Shown here piece after piece: positions 18,272 to 27,009 of a stretch of 30,151 bases of DNA. Every line of letters begins with the position of its first letter. The first letter of the stretch is position 1. The notes below the pieces were generated by a model. The model saw only the letters and a program-made list of their open reading frames with translations, searched no databases and was not told the DNA's origin. The DNA comes from Flavipsychrobacter sp. (lineage in GTDB: Bacteria; Bacteroidota; Bacteroidia; Chitinophagales; Chitinophagaceae). The stretch spans positions 1 to 30,151 of the forward strand of contig DATCSV010000334.1 of the NCBI GenBank assembly GCA_036568285.1, given 5' to 3'. A program made the translations under genes and the position numbers.

Positions 18272-21200
18272 ATGGTAAACGTTATACCCAAAAGTATAAT
18301 AGCTGTTGTATTGCTCCTACTGGGCGTAGGCTTTTCAGGAGGAACGGTATTGGCAAAGGAAGGAACATCGATATCTCAACAGCAGGTTGCGGGCTTCGTT
18401 CGCAATGTAGGGCAGGTAAGAGACCAGCATAATAATCTCCGTAGCGAAATAGATTTCAAACTACCCGCCGGCGCGCTGAATATTTTTATTGGTGCAGGCG
18501 AACTGCATTATCAATGGGCGAAACCACGAACACGCGATGAAGAGGGGACTGTGCTGCAGTATGAGGGGTATCGGCTGGATGTGACATTACATGGTGCGAA
18601 TACAAACGTGCAGCCCATTGCCGAGCAACCGTTAAACCAATATGAGCGGTATTATACAAACGGCCTTGACGGTGCCGTAGCCCATACCTGCAAAAAAATA
18701 GTGTATAAAAATATTTACCCGCAGATAGACTGGGTATTATACCTGACAGAGCAAGGCTTGAAATATGACTTCGTTGTGCACCCCGGTGGAAACGCAGGGG
18801 ATATAAAAATAACATATGCCGGTGCGGAAAAACTCGTGGCAGAGAATGGCAATATTACAGCTACTACCCCTATGGGTACCGTTACAGAAAATGCCCCGTA
18901 TACCTACTACGCACATTCAGATATTTCTATCCCATCGGAGTATGTACTGGAGGGTAATACTATCAGTTTTAAGCTAGCTCAGAACAACGGCAATATAGTA
19001 ATAGACCCTTCACTGGAGTGGGCCACGTATATGGGTGGCAGTTCAGGAGACTTTGGTTTATGTGCTTCATCCGATACAGCCGGTAATGTGTATATGGCAG
19101 GCATTACAGCCAGTGCGTCCTCATCAAACGTTTATACTTCTGGTGCACACCAGATACTCTTTGGGGGTAACGACGACGGCGTTGTTACCAAATACACAGC
19201 GGGTGGTGTACGCCAGTGGTCCACATATTACGGTGGCGCAGGCAAAGAAGCAATCAACTCCATAACTGTTGATAGGGAAAACAATATTATATTTTGTGGT
19301 TATACCGACACATCTTATACAGGCATAGTTCCTAGTAGCGGCACTGTCCACCAGGCAACATATGGCGGCGGCGACAATGATGTTTTCCTGGTAAAAATGA
19401 ACCCAAATGGTGTACGCCAGTGGTCAACGTACTATGGAGGAGATAGTAGTGAACGGGATGGTAACTATTACCAGTGTGGGGTAGTTTGCGATACGGCCCT
19501 GAATATATACCTGGCAGGTGTAACCGCAAGTGACACCGGTATTGCCACCACAACCACCGGTGTTCAACAAACTACAAGGGCAGGCGGATATGATGGTTTT
19601 TTAGCTAAATTCAATGCGGGTGGCGTGCGCATATGGGGTACTTATTACGGGGGTGCAAATGATGATCGTTTTACCATTGCAGGCGCCGACAGTGCAGGCG
19701 TTGTATATGTTGCGGGAAATTTCCAAAGCACCGGTATGGGTACATCGCTTACGCATTCACCAAGCAAACCCGGAGGTTCAAGTGTAGATGTACTAATTGC
19801 CAAATTCAACCCGGCGGCCGGTAGCCTTATATGGGCTACGTATTATGGTGGATCACTGATTGACGAAGCCCGCGGCCTGGTTGTCGGCGACAGCAGTATG
19901 GTGTACATATGCGGATCCACACAAAGCTCAAGTGGTATTGCAAGCTCGGTAGCGCAGCAAACCGTGCACGGTGGCGGGTATGATATGTTCCTGGCTAAGT
20001 TTGACAGCACGGGTAACCGCAAATGGGGCACGTACCTGGGTGGTTCCAGCCTCGATCATGGTGGTAACGTTGTACTGGATCACAAAGGTCTGCTAAATAC
20101 AACCGGCATTACTTTCAGCACTTCCGGTATTGTAACTCCTGACGCTTTCAATCCGACCATTGGTGGAGGTATTGATGCCTTCATTGCTATATATACATCG
20201 GGAGGCAATAAAACATGGGGCACATACTATGGCGGTTCAGGCAATGATTATGGTTTTGGTGTGGCAAGGGGCAAGTCTTCAGGCCATATATACTTTACAG
20301 GAAATACAGAAAGCAGTTCTGATATATCCTACAATGGAAGCCAAAACGCGTACGGTGGCAACAATGATGCCTTCATGGTAAAAATAACCCCGGATACCAG
20401 CGTTTCTATTGTGAAAACCTCCGTACAATCTGTCTACTGCGAGACCGATACATTCACGCTTGGTTATGTAGTTACGGAGCCTTTCCGTCCCGGCAACGTG
20501 TTTACGGCTCAGTTGTCCAACAGTTCGGGCAGTTTTACATCACCGACGAATATCGGCACTTATGCGGGGAATCAGCCGGGCACTATCAATGTAAGTTTGC
20601 CCGCCGGCGCCACCGGTACCGGTTTCCGCATCAGGATCATCGCTACGTCACCGGTCGACACATCTTACGACAACGACTTTAATATAAACATCAAACCATT
20701 GCCGGTAAAACCGGTAGCGACCAGCAACAGCTCAGCCTGCAGCAACGATACACTTAAGCTATTCTCCACGGTATCAACTTCCGGCTCAACTTATAGCTGG
20801 ACAGGTCCCGACAGCTATACCGCCGCTACGCGAAATGCTATACGCACCAATATGACGGCAGCGACGCATTCAGGTAGTTATATCGTCACTGCTGATCTGA
20901 ACGGCTGTACCAGGAAAGATACTACTACCGTTGTAATACGGCAGGCTGCTCCAAAACCCAATCTTACCAGCAATGCTCCATTGTGCAGCGGCGACAACCT
21001 GAACATGACGGCCACCAACCTGACCCAGGGCCTGGGAATGAAATGGACCGGGCCTACCAGCTTCTCAGATACAGGAACAACCAGCGCAACAACCGCAACT
21101 AAAAGCAGGCTGAATGTCAGCACTTCGGATGCGGGCAATTATATATTCACGATTTGGATGAACAACTGTGCCAGCCGCGATACCGTGGCGGTAACTATTG

Positions 21201-23455
21201 CCCAGAAGCCTGATCCTGTTACTGCAGGCAGCAATAGCCCTGTATGTTCTCATGAAACACTGCAATTGACGGCCAATACGCCTACATCGGGCGTGGTATA
21301 CAACTGGACCGGCCCTTCTTTCATTGCCAATAACCAGCAAAACCCTACCAGGACAAACCTTCAAACCTCTTACTCCGGCAACTACATTGTGGAAGCTGAT
21401 ATGCTGGGCTGCAAAGTGAGGGATACGGTAACAGTTGTTATTAATCAATCTCCCGACAAGCCTGTGGCATCAGCTAATAAAACAGCTATATGTAGCGACG
21501 AAGACCTTGTGTTGACCGGTACCAACATATCTTCAGGCGCTACGGCCACATGGAGAGGACCTAACGGCTACGGGCCATTCTCCAATCCGCACACAAGGCA
21601 GAACATACAGGTGAACCACTCGGGTGATTACATACTAACATCTGAACGTTCTAACGGCTGCAAGCAAAGCGACACGGTAACCGTTACTGTAACCCAGTCT
21701 TATCCTCTGCCCATTAGTCTTGTTGCTGATCCGGGTACAATAGTTTGTCCCACCACATCCATGAAGTTCTTTGCACAGGGGAAACCGGGAAATGCCAGTA
21801 TTAAATGGACAGACCCGGCATTGCAAACGACCCTGAACGTAGATACATTGAGGATACCAAATATGAGCTATTCAGATTCCGGATGGTATTTTGTAGAAGT
21901 AGTCACCGGAGCTTGTTCTCTGGCTGTCGACTCAATACACGTATCGGTTGTTGACACTATATCGCCACCGGTACTTACACTTCCGCCGTATGATTGTGAA
22001 GGTGACTCTATGAAAGTAATTTTCTCTCACCCGTATCTGATAAAATTTGATGTAATCGCACCGGGCGACTCGGTGTTAGGCATTGCAGGTGTTACAATCA
22101 ATCCCCTGGATAAAAACAAACACCATGGCAGGTGGATAGTACGTGTCGAATCCGGTGGATGTAAAGCCGCAGACACGGGCTATCTTGACGTCCGCCCAAG
22201 TCCGGCCAAGCCCGTATCAAATAATAACGGGCCTATATGCGAAGGTGAAACACTTGACTTGACTGCCAACAGCACAACACCCGGTGTCACTTATAGTTGG
22301 AAAGGGCCTACCGGCTATAGTTCTAATAGCCAGAACCCATCTATTCCGGATGTAGACTCCGGTACTCATGCCGGGTATTATATAGCCCGTGCATTTACCA
22401 ACGGCTGCTACTCTACACCGGATAGTACCCTGGTAGCTATTATACCCAACCCCAAACCGGAAATTAATACCAACAGCCCTGTATGTGAGGGTGCAGAGAT
22501 CAGCATGTGGGTAACGCCTAATCCGGATGAAACTTATTCGTGGGCCAGCGTGAATGACCCCGGCTTCAGTAGTTCAGGGCCTGGCGCGGCTCGTAGCAAT
22601 GCTGGCCTCAACGATGGTGGCGGCTATGTGGTTACCGCAGTATCGGGCGCTACAGGATGTAGGGGCAGAGATACAGCCGATATAAGCATTATACCGTTGC
22701 CAGGTGTACCCGAAGCAGTATATAACGGGCCGCTCTGCGAAGGAGATACTATGGTACTGGATGTAAACGACACTTCTACCAATGTATCCTATGTATGGAC
22801 GGGTCCCGGCGGCTTCACGTATTTAGACAAAAAAGCCTTTGTATTTGGTGTGGCCATTGCAGGTTCCGGCCAGTATATAGTAACGGCGGAAAGAGGCGGC
22901 AAATGCAGGCGGCAGGATACCCTGGATGTGTTGGTAAAACCGCGACCACCCAGGCCGGATATCAGCAGCAACAGCCCGCTGGCTTCAGGTGAAACGCTGG
23001 AGCTGGAAATGAAAAACCCGGTGCCGGGAGCATCTTTCCAATGGAGAGGCCCCAATGGCTATGGGTCATTAGCGCAAAACCCGGTAATAGATAATGCGAC
23101 CACCGCAGCTTCGGGCACATACTCATTAGTGACAACACTAAATGGCTGCAGCAGTTCGGCAATCACAATAGTTGTAGTAAATGCAACTGGCGCCGAAGTA
23201 GAAGAACTGATATTGTTTCCCAATCCGAACAAGGGCAACTTTACTGTAAAAGCAAAAGTGAGCAGGGACCAGATAATGCCATATGAAGTAGTGAACGTAC
23301 TGGGCATGGTAGTGTATGCCGACGTAGTGCAAACCCGGAACCTGGAAATGGAACAGGAAATAAGTATGGACGGTTGGCTAACCAGCGGTGTGTATATATT
23401 CCGTATTATGATGTCGGGGCAAAGCAAGGAGATACTCTTCAGCGTTGTCCGGTAA
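18272..23455 (+). CDS. 1727-aa T9SS type-A cargo: N-terminal beta domain, SBBP seven-bladed propeller, Ig-like stalk
   Basis: Signal peptide; N-domain ending NIVIDP; 7 repeats of W.TYYGG...D...; an FTAQLSNSSGSF...GTGFRIRI domain; 10 repeats of SNSP.C.G.TL.L...W.GP...G.Y...GC; CTD LILFPNPNKGNFTV...LTSGVYIFRI. Confidence 0.9.
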   Translation: MVNVIPKSIIAVVLLLLGVGFSGGTVLAKEGTSISQQQVAGFVRNVGQVRDQHNNLRSEIDFKLPAGALNIFIGAGELHYQWAKPRTRDEEGTVLQYEGYRLDVTLHGANTNVQPIAEQPLNQYERYYTNGLDGAVAHTCKKIVYKNIYPQIDWVLYLTEQGLKYDFVVHPGGNAGDIKITYAGAEKLVAENGNITATTPMGTVTENAPYTYYAHSDISIPSEYVLEGNTISFKLAQNNGNIVIDPSLEWATYMGGSSGDFGLCASSDTAGNVYMAGITASASSSNVYTSGAHQILFGGNDDGVVTKYTAGGVRQWSTYYGGAGKEAINSITVDRENNIIFCGYTDTSYTGIVPSSGTVHQATYGGGDNDVFLVKMNPNGVRQWSTYYGGDSSERDGNYYQCGVVCDTALNIYLAGVTASDTGIATTTTGVQQTTRAGGYDGFLAKFNAGGVRIWGTYYGGANDDRFTIAGADSAGVVYVAGNFQSTGMGTSLTHSPSKPGGSSVDVLIAKFNPAAGSLIWATYYGGSLIDEARGLVVGDSSMVYICGSTQSSSGIASSVAQQTVHGGGYDMFLAKFDSTGNRKWGTYLGGSSLDHGGNVVLDHKGLLNTTGITFSTSGIVTPDAFNPTIGGGIDAFIAIYTSGGNKTWGTYYGGSGNDYGFGVARGKSSGHIYFTGNTESSSDISYNGSQNAYGGNNDAFMVKITPDTSVSIVKTSVQSVYCETDTFTLGYVVTEPFRPGNVFTAQLSNSSGSFTSPTNIGTYAGNQPGTINVSLPAGATGTGFRIRIIATSPVDTSYDNDFNINIKPLPVKPVATSNSSACSNDTLKLFSTVSTSGSTYSWTGPDSYTAATRNAIRTNMTAATHSGSYIVTADLNGCTRKDTTTVVIRQAAPKPNLTSNAPLCSGDNLNMTATNLTQGLGMKWTGPTSFSDTGTTSATTATKSRLNVSTSDAGNYIFTIWMNNCASRDTVAVTIAQKPDPVTAGSNSPVCSHETLQLTANTPTSGVVYNWTGPSFIANNQQNPTRTNLQTSYSGNYIVEADMLGCKVRDTVTVVINQSPDKPVASANKTAICSDEDLVLTGTNISSGATATWRGPNGYGPFSNPHTRQNIQVNHSGDYILTSERSNGCKQSDTVTVTVTQSYPLPISLVADPGTIVCPTTSMKFFAQGKPGNASIKWTDPALQTTLNVDTLRIPNMSYSDSGWYFVEVVTGACSLAVDSIHVSVVDTISPPVLTLPPYDCEGDSMKVIFSHPYLIKFDVIAPGDSVLGIAGVTINPLDKNKHHGRWIVRVESGGCKAADTGYLDVRPSPAKPVSNNNGPICEGETLDLTANSTTPGVTYSWKGPTGYSSNSQNPSIPDVDSGTHAGYYIARAFTNGCYSTPDSTLVAIIPNPKPEINTNSPVCEGAEISMWVTPNPDETYSWASVNDPGFSSSGPGAARSNAGLNDGGGYVVTAVSGATGCRGRDTADISIIPLPGVPEAVYNGPLCEGDTMVLDVNDTSTNVSYVWTGPGGFTYLDKKAFVFGVAIAGSGQYIVTAERGGKCRRQDTLDVLVKPRPPRPDISSNSPLASGETLELEMKNPVPGASFQWRGPNGYGSLAQNPVIDNATTAASGTYSLVTTLNGCSSSAITIVVVNATGAEVEELILFPNPNKGNFTVKAKVSRDQIMPYEVVNVLGMVVYADVVQTRNLEMEQEISMDGWLTSGVYIFRIMMSGQSKEILFSVVR

Positions 23456-23496
23456 TACGCTGAATTTTCTTTAACTTAGTTGGTTACAAAACCACA

Positions 23497-24291
23497 ATGT
23501 TTATGCGTAATAAAGTATTTAAGCCTGTTGCCCTGCTGCTGTTATCGGTAGCGACTTTTGTAACCAGCTGCAAAAAAGAAGCGAAAGATAACAGTGATGT
23601 TACCATTGTAAACCGGATAGACAGGCCGATAACAGTGGATCTATATGTTTCTGCAGACGATTATGCAAATAATAGTAACCTGCAGGAAAGGATAGTGATA
23701 GAGCCCAATGAGAATAAAATATTGCCCGGCGGCACCTTTGCCAAGAGCACTACTTACCACATGGACTGGTATTCCGAAGATTATTATTACAACAACTGGT
23801 ATAATGACGATTACCCGGTAACAGGCAACAGGGTGCGTATACAGCCCGAACCCGGCAGTAATACCTATTACCTGGATCCGGGACTGAAAGGACAAGGCCG
23901 CAAAGCCTTTTTGAAAGGAGGTGGCACGGAAACCACCTGGATATCTATAGGCGCTTTCCTGTACAGCGGCACCTTTGGATATACCAACGAATGGAATACG
24001 CTTACGCCAAACGAACGATACCGCACTATAACTATCAAAAAGGGTTTTAACGCTGAATACCTTCATAAAGACGCAACAGGTACATTGGTGACAGAAAACC
24101 TGCGATTCATGGTACAGCAGACTGAAGTGCCGTACATTGAGTTTAAGAACGCCGCAGGACAGGCAGCAGGTAATATGACAGGCGGCAAACTGCCCACAGG
24201 CTCAGCACCCGATTATTACAGCAGTTCAATAGATACAGTTATGGCCTTGTTTCCTGACAACGAATACCTGTTTATGATGGTAAGAAAGTAG
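23497..24291 (+). CDS. Lipoprotein of unknown function (264 aa)
   Basis: Basic N-terminus, hydrophobic core, VTSC lipobox followed by KKEAKD; 41 nt downstream of the T9SS cargo. Confidence 0.8.
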   Translation: MFMRNKVFKPVALLLLSVATFVTSCKKEAKDNSDVTIVNRIDRPITVDLYVSADDYANNSNLQERIVIEPNENKILPGGTFAKSTTYHMDWYSEDYYYNNWYNDDYPVTGNRVRIQPEPGSNTYYLDPGLKGQGRKAFLKGGGTETTWISIGAFLYSGTFGYTNEWNTLTPNERYRTITIKKGFNAEYLHKDATGTLVTENLRFMVQQTEVPYIEFKNAAGQAAGNMTGGKLPTGSAPDYYSSSIDTVMALFPDNEYLFMMVRK

Positions 24292-24398
24292 CAGCGTTTT
24301 TTTTGAAAGCGCATATCAGCGAAGTATTGCAATAAGGCGCCGAAAAAATTAACGCACCAATTTTACATTAAGATTGTAATAACTGACAGATATATGTA

Positions 24399-24421
24399 TA
24401 TTTACACAAATTTCGTAAATA
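24399..24421. promoter_or_regulatory. Palindromic operator candidate overlapping the promoter of the tandem-HTH gene
   Basis: TATTTAC-ACAAATTTC-GTAAATA has perfect 7-bp arms, abuts ATG 24422 and overlaps a -7-like TATATTTA (24397-24404). Confidence 0.45.
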
Positions 24422-24862
24422 ATGCCTCCAAAAGCGAAACACGTAAAAGATGTTAAGCCGCTGCAACTGAAGCAGGCTGCAGCTATACTGATGAAGCGCC
24501 GCAACATTGCTACAAAAGGCGAAATAGCAGCTAAAATTAAAGTGACACCGTATTACTATTCTAAGGTGATAAATGGTGAAACACCGCTGACAGAAGCCTT
24601 TCTCGAAAAGTTCCTGAAATATGCACGCGCCGGTAGTGTCAACGAAATACTGGCCTCTAAGAAGCCGCCAAAGAATATGTACGAAGTAATTGCAGAAGGA
24701 CTGCAGGCGTATATGGAAGCTAAGAAGGTGACACAGGCAGAACTGGCCGGCCACCTTAAGACAGACCAGCAGATACTCAGCCGCATATTACACTGCAAAA
24801 AGAAACTCTTCACGCCTGATATGCTGATAGAAATATTAAGGCTGATAAAGTATAAGATATAA
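24422..24862 (+). CDS. Transcriptional regulator with two tandem XRE/Cro-type HTH domains
   Basis: HTH1: TKGEIAAKIKVTPYYYSKVINGETPLT. HTH2: KKVTQAELAGHLKTDQQILSRILHCKKK. Confidence 0.8.
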   Translation: MPPKAKHVKDVKPLQLKQAAAILMKRRNIATKGEIAAKIKVTPYYYSKVINGETPLTEAFLEKFLKYARAGSVNEILASKKPPKNMYEVIAEGLQAYMEAKKVTQAELAGHLKTDQQILSRILHCKKKLFTPDMLIEILRLIKYKI

Positions 24863-24877
24863 GAGATGGAATTTCTA

Positions 24878-24907
24878 AAGAAGCCCCGGCAACTGCCGGG
24901 GCTTCTT
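24878..24907. terminator. Bidirectional terminator between convergent genes
   Basis: Perfect 13-bp stem AAGAAGCCCCGGC-AACT-GCCGGGGCTTCTT. Confidence 0.9.
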
Positions 24908-24911
24908 CGTA

Positions 24912-25574
24912 TTATTCGGACTTAACAATGCCATACTTTATAGCAAATAGCACCAATCCCGTTTTAGACCTGATATTGAACTTGGTAAATAGAGACTCGC
25001 GGTAGCCATCTACAGTACGGCGGCTTACTTCCATAGCATTGGCTATCTGCTCGTACGTAGGTTCTTTTTCGTCACAAACCAGTTTAAGGAAATCACGCTC
25101 GCGCTGGCTTACCTGGCCGAGTACCTGCTGCCGCTCGTCCAGCACAACTTCATTAGGAGATAGAAGTGCCTTAGCCAACATTTCATTGTGGTAATAGCCC
25201 GTACCTGTGACATCACTTATTGCTTTGCGCAGTACGTCAGCGGTTGAGCTCTTTGGCAGGTAACCCCTGATGCCCAGCCTGAAGAGGTTGATGATAGTGC
25301 GTTCGTCCGTTTCCAGTGTAAGTATCAGTACTGGTACTTTAGAGCCCTTTTGTTTGAGTGCTATCACAGTTTGCGTGCCGTCCATTACCGGCATGGCCAG
25401 GTCCATAATTATCAGGTCGGGCGGGCTTTGAAATGGGTATTCATTGATGAGTTCTTCGCCGTTATCGTACTCGCCTGTTACTTTGTAATTACCCAGGCGT
25501 TCTACCAGGGCTTTTAACCCGTTGCGCACTATCGGGTGGTCGTCTACCAGGAAGATATTTATCGCGTGTGACAT
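24912..25574 (-). CDS. NarL/FixJ-family response regulator (REC + LuxR HTH)
   Basis: IFLVDDHPIVRNGL...IIMDLAMPVMDG...LILT...GIRGYLPK; VSQRERDFLKL...TYEQIANAMEVSRRTVDGYRESLFTKFNIRSKTGLVLFAIKYG. Confidence 0.96.
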   Translation of the reverse strand: MSHAINIFLVDDHPIVRNGLKALVERLGNYKVTGEYDNGEELINEYPFQSPPDLIIMDLAMPVMDGTQTVIALKQKGSKVPVLILTLETDERTIINLFRLGIRGYLPKSSTADVLRKAISDVTGTGYYHNEMLAKALLSPNEVVLDERQQVLGQVSQRERDFLKLVCDEKEPTYEQIANAMEVSRRTVDGYRESLFTKFNIRSKTGLVLFAIKYGIVKSE

Positions 25575-25577
25575 GAT

Positions 25578-26348
25578 TTAGCTCTCTGAGAAGGTAAATA
25601 TACTGCCTTTGCCGGTAGCCGCTGTTATATTCAACGATACGCCCGCCAATTTAGCCCGTTTCTGCAGGTTGTGCAGGCCGGACCCCTTGCCGGATGCCAA
25701 CACCTGTTCTTTATCAAATCCCCTGCCGTCATCTTTTATCTCCAGCATGAAGCTGTTGCCACCCCGCATGGTGATATGGATGTTTTTTGCCGTGGCATGT
25801 TTCAGGGCATTGTTCAGCACTTCCTGCAGCATCCTGAATATCATGATGCGCTTTCCCTTGTCGAAGGACGGTTCTATACCATCTGTAGTCCAATGTACTT
25901 TCAGCCTCCTGAGCTGCGACAGCCTGTTCGCTTCTTTTTCTATGGCGTAATTAAGCCCTTGTGTTTCCAGGTAGTCGGTATTGAGGCTGTGGCTGAGCAG
26001 GCGCACCTGGTCTATGGTATCACTCAGGGTATTATCAACAGGTGCCAGTTTCTGAGCTATTTCTTCGTTGTCCAGTTTTTCCTGCTCCAGCTGCAGCCTG
26101 ATGAGCGTGAGCAGTTGGCCGATGTTGTCATGCAGCTCGCGGGCCACATTAGTGAGCACCTGTTCCTGTACTTCATTTTCTACGATGCGCAGTTCCTTTT
26201 CATATTCCACCTGCATCTGTGCTATCTTCACCTCCTGCTGCACATGGCGGCGGTTGGCCAGTATCATAATGATGATAACACCGGCTACCAAAAGTAAGAT
26301 CAGCATAGTGCTGACGGCAATCGTAAGTACAATATCATTCTCTAACAT
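25578..26348 (-). CDS. HisKA_3-type sensor histidine kinase with one N-terminal TM helix and no sensor domain
   Basis: H box ARELHDNIGQLL; N box FRMLQEVLNNALKHA; G1 DDGRGF; G2 GSGLHNL. Start taken as ATG 26348 (MLENDIV), overlapping the upstream gene by 14 nt; the track's start at 26372 is an alternative. Confidence 0.93.
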   Translation of the reverse strand: MLENDIVLTIAVSTMLILLLVAGVIIIMILANRRHVQQEVKIAQMQVEYEKELRIVENEVQEQVLTNVARELHDNIGQLLTLIRLQLEQEKLDNEEIAQKLAPVDNTLSDTIDQVRLLSHSLNTDYLETQGLNYAIEKEANRLSQLRRLKVHWTTDGIEPSFDKGKRIMIFRMLQEVLNNALKHATAKNIHITMRGGNSFMLEIKDDGRGFDKEQVLASGKGSGLHNLQKRAKLAGVSLNITAATGKGSIFTFSES

Positions 26349-26988
26349 AAGCTCTCTTAGCCTGGCGGCCATAAAGATAGAAAGCTATGGCGACTAATGC
26401 GTAACGTAGAATTGCAGCAGCGAAATTGATCTTAAACAGCTTGCCAGCCAATTGCATATTGTTGCTAGTGAGATAGTTCATTAATCCAAATAATGGAATA
26501 ATCGTCGCATAATAGATAATGATTGCCATCGCTATAAGAAACAAAGGCTGTTTGTATAGTTTTTTATGGTTGAAAATTGAATTGTCTATTAAAAGGACTA
26601 AATAGAAAATAATATAGAAAATTGCGTTGGTAATTACAGTCCAATTGTTGAATACATTAATACCATTTACTATTGTAATGATAATCCATACTATTGTTAA
26701 ACACGGTATAAGATACTTGACAACTTGCCTAATATTTGAGCTTGTAAGTAATAACCAGCATGCACTGCCTAAAAGCCACACTTCTATAACGGTATAAATG
26801 TTGTACAACAGTACATTATTATACCCGGCATACTTTTGAACTGCCCAGGCTACAATATCGTTGACAAATGCCAAAAAGACTTGCAGTAGTAGGAGCTTGT
26901 ACGGCAGGGCGAGTTTGTTTATGCAGTAAAAGCCTGCAAGAATGGCCAATAATTCGAATAAAGAAGTAGCAACTGTATAAGCCTGCAT
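26335..26988 (-). CDS. Uncharacterised 7-TM membrane protein, candidate detached sensor
   Basis: Seven hydrophobic segments by eye (about aa 3-23, 32-50, 59-81, 93-110, 116-134, 149-170, 184-207) with intramembrane polar residues (E12, D44, YN..TVIE, N..R-Y). Its stop overlaps the kinase start. Confidence 0.8.
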   Translation of the reverse strand: MQAYTVATSLFELLAILAGFYCINKLALPYKLLLLQVFLAFVNDIVAWAVQKYAGYNNVLLYNIYTVIEVWLLGSACWLLLTSSNIRQVVKYLIPCLTIVWIIITIVNGINVFNNWTVITNAIFYIIFYLVLLIDNSIFNHKKLYKQPLFLIAMAIIIYYATIIPLFGLMNYLTSNNMQLAGKLFKINFAAAILRYALVAIAFYLYGRQAKRAYVRE

Positions 26989-27009
26989 GGCTTTGCTTTT
27001 TTATTCGAA

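Noticed and set aside
24368-24862. HTH gene plus antisense 128-aa ORF as a toxin-antitoxin pair or prophage remnant
   Set aside because: The antisense ORF is a shadow of the HTH gene; no toxin, integrase or phage gene is nearby.
26335-26988. 7-TM protein as a microbial rhodopsin or AgrB ortholog
   Set aside because: Helix 7 (INFAAAILRYAL) lacks the DxxxK retinal-binding motif, and I see no AgrB-type catalytic His/Cys motifs. The agr comparison concerns operon logic only.
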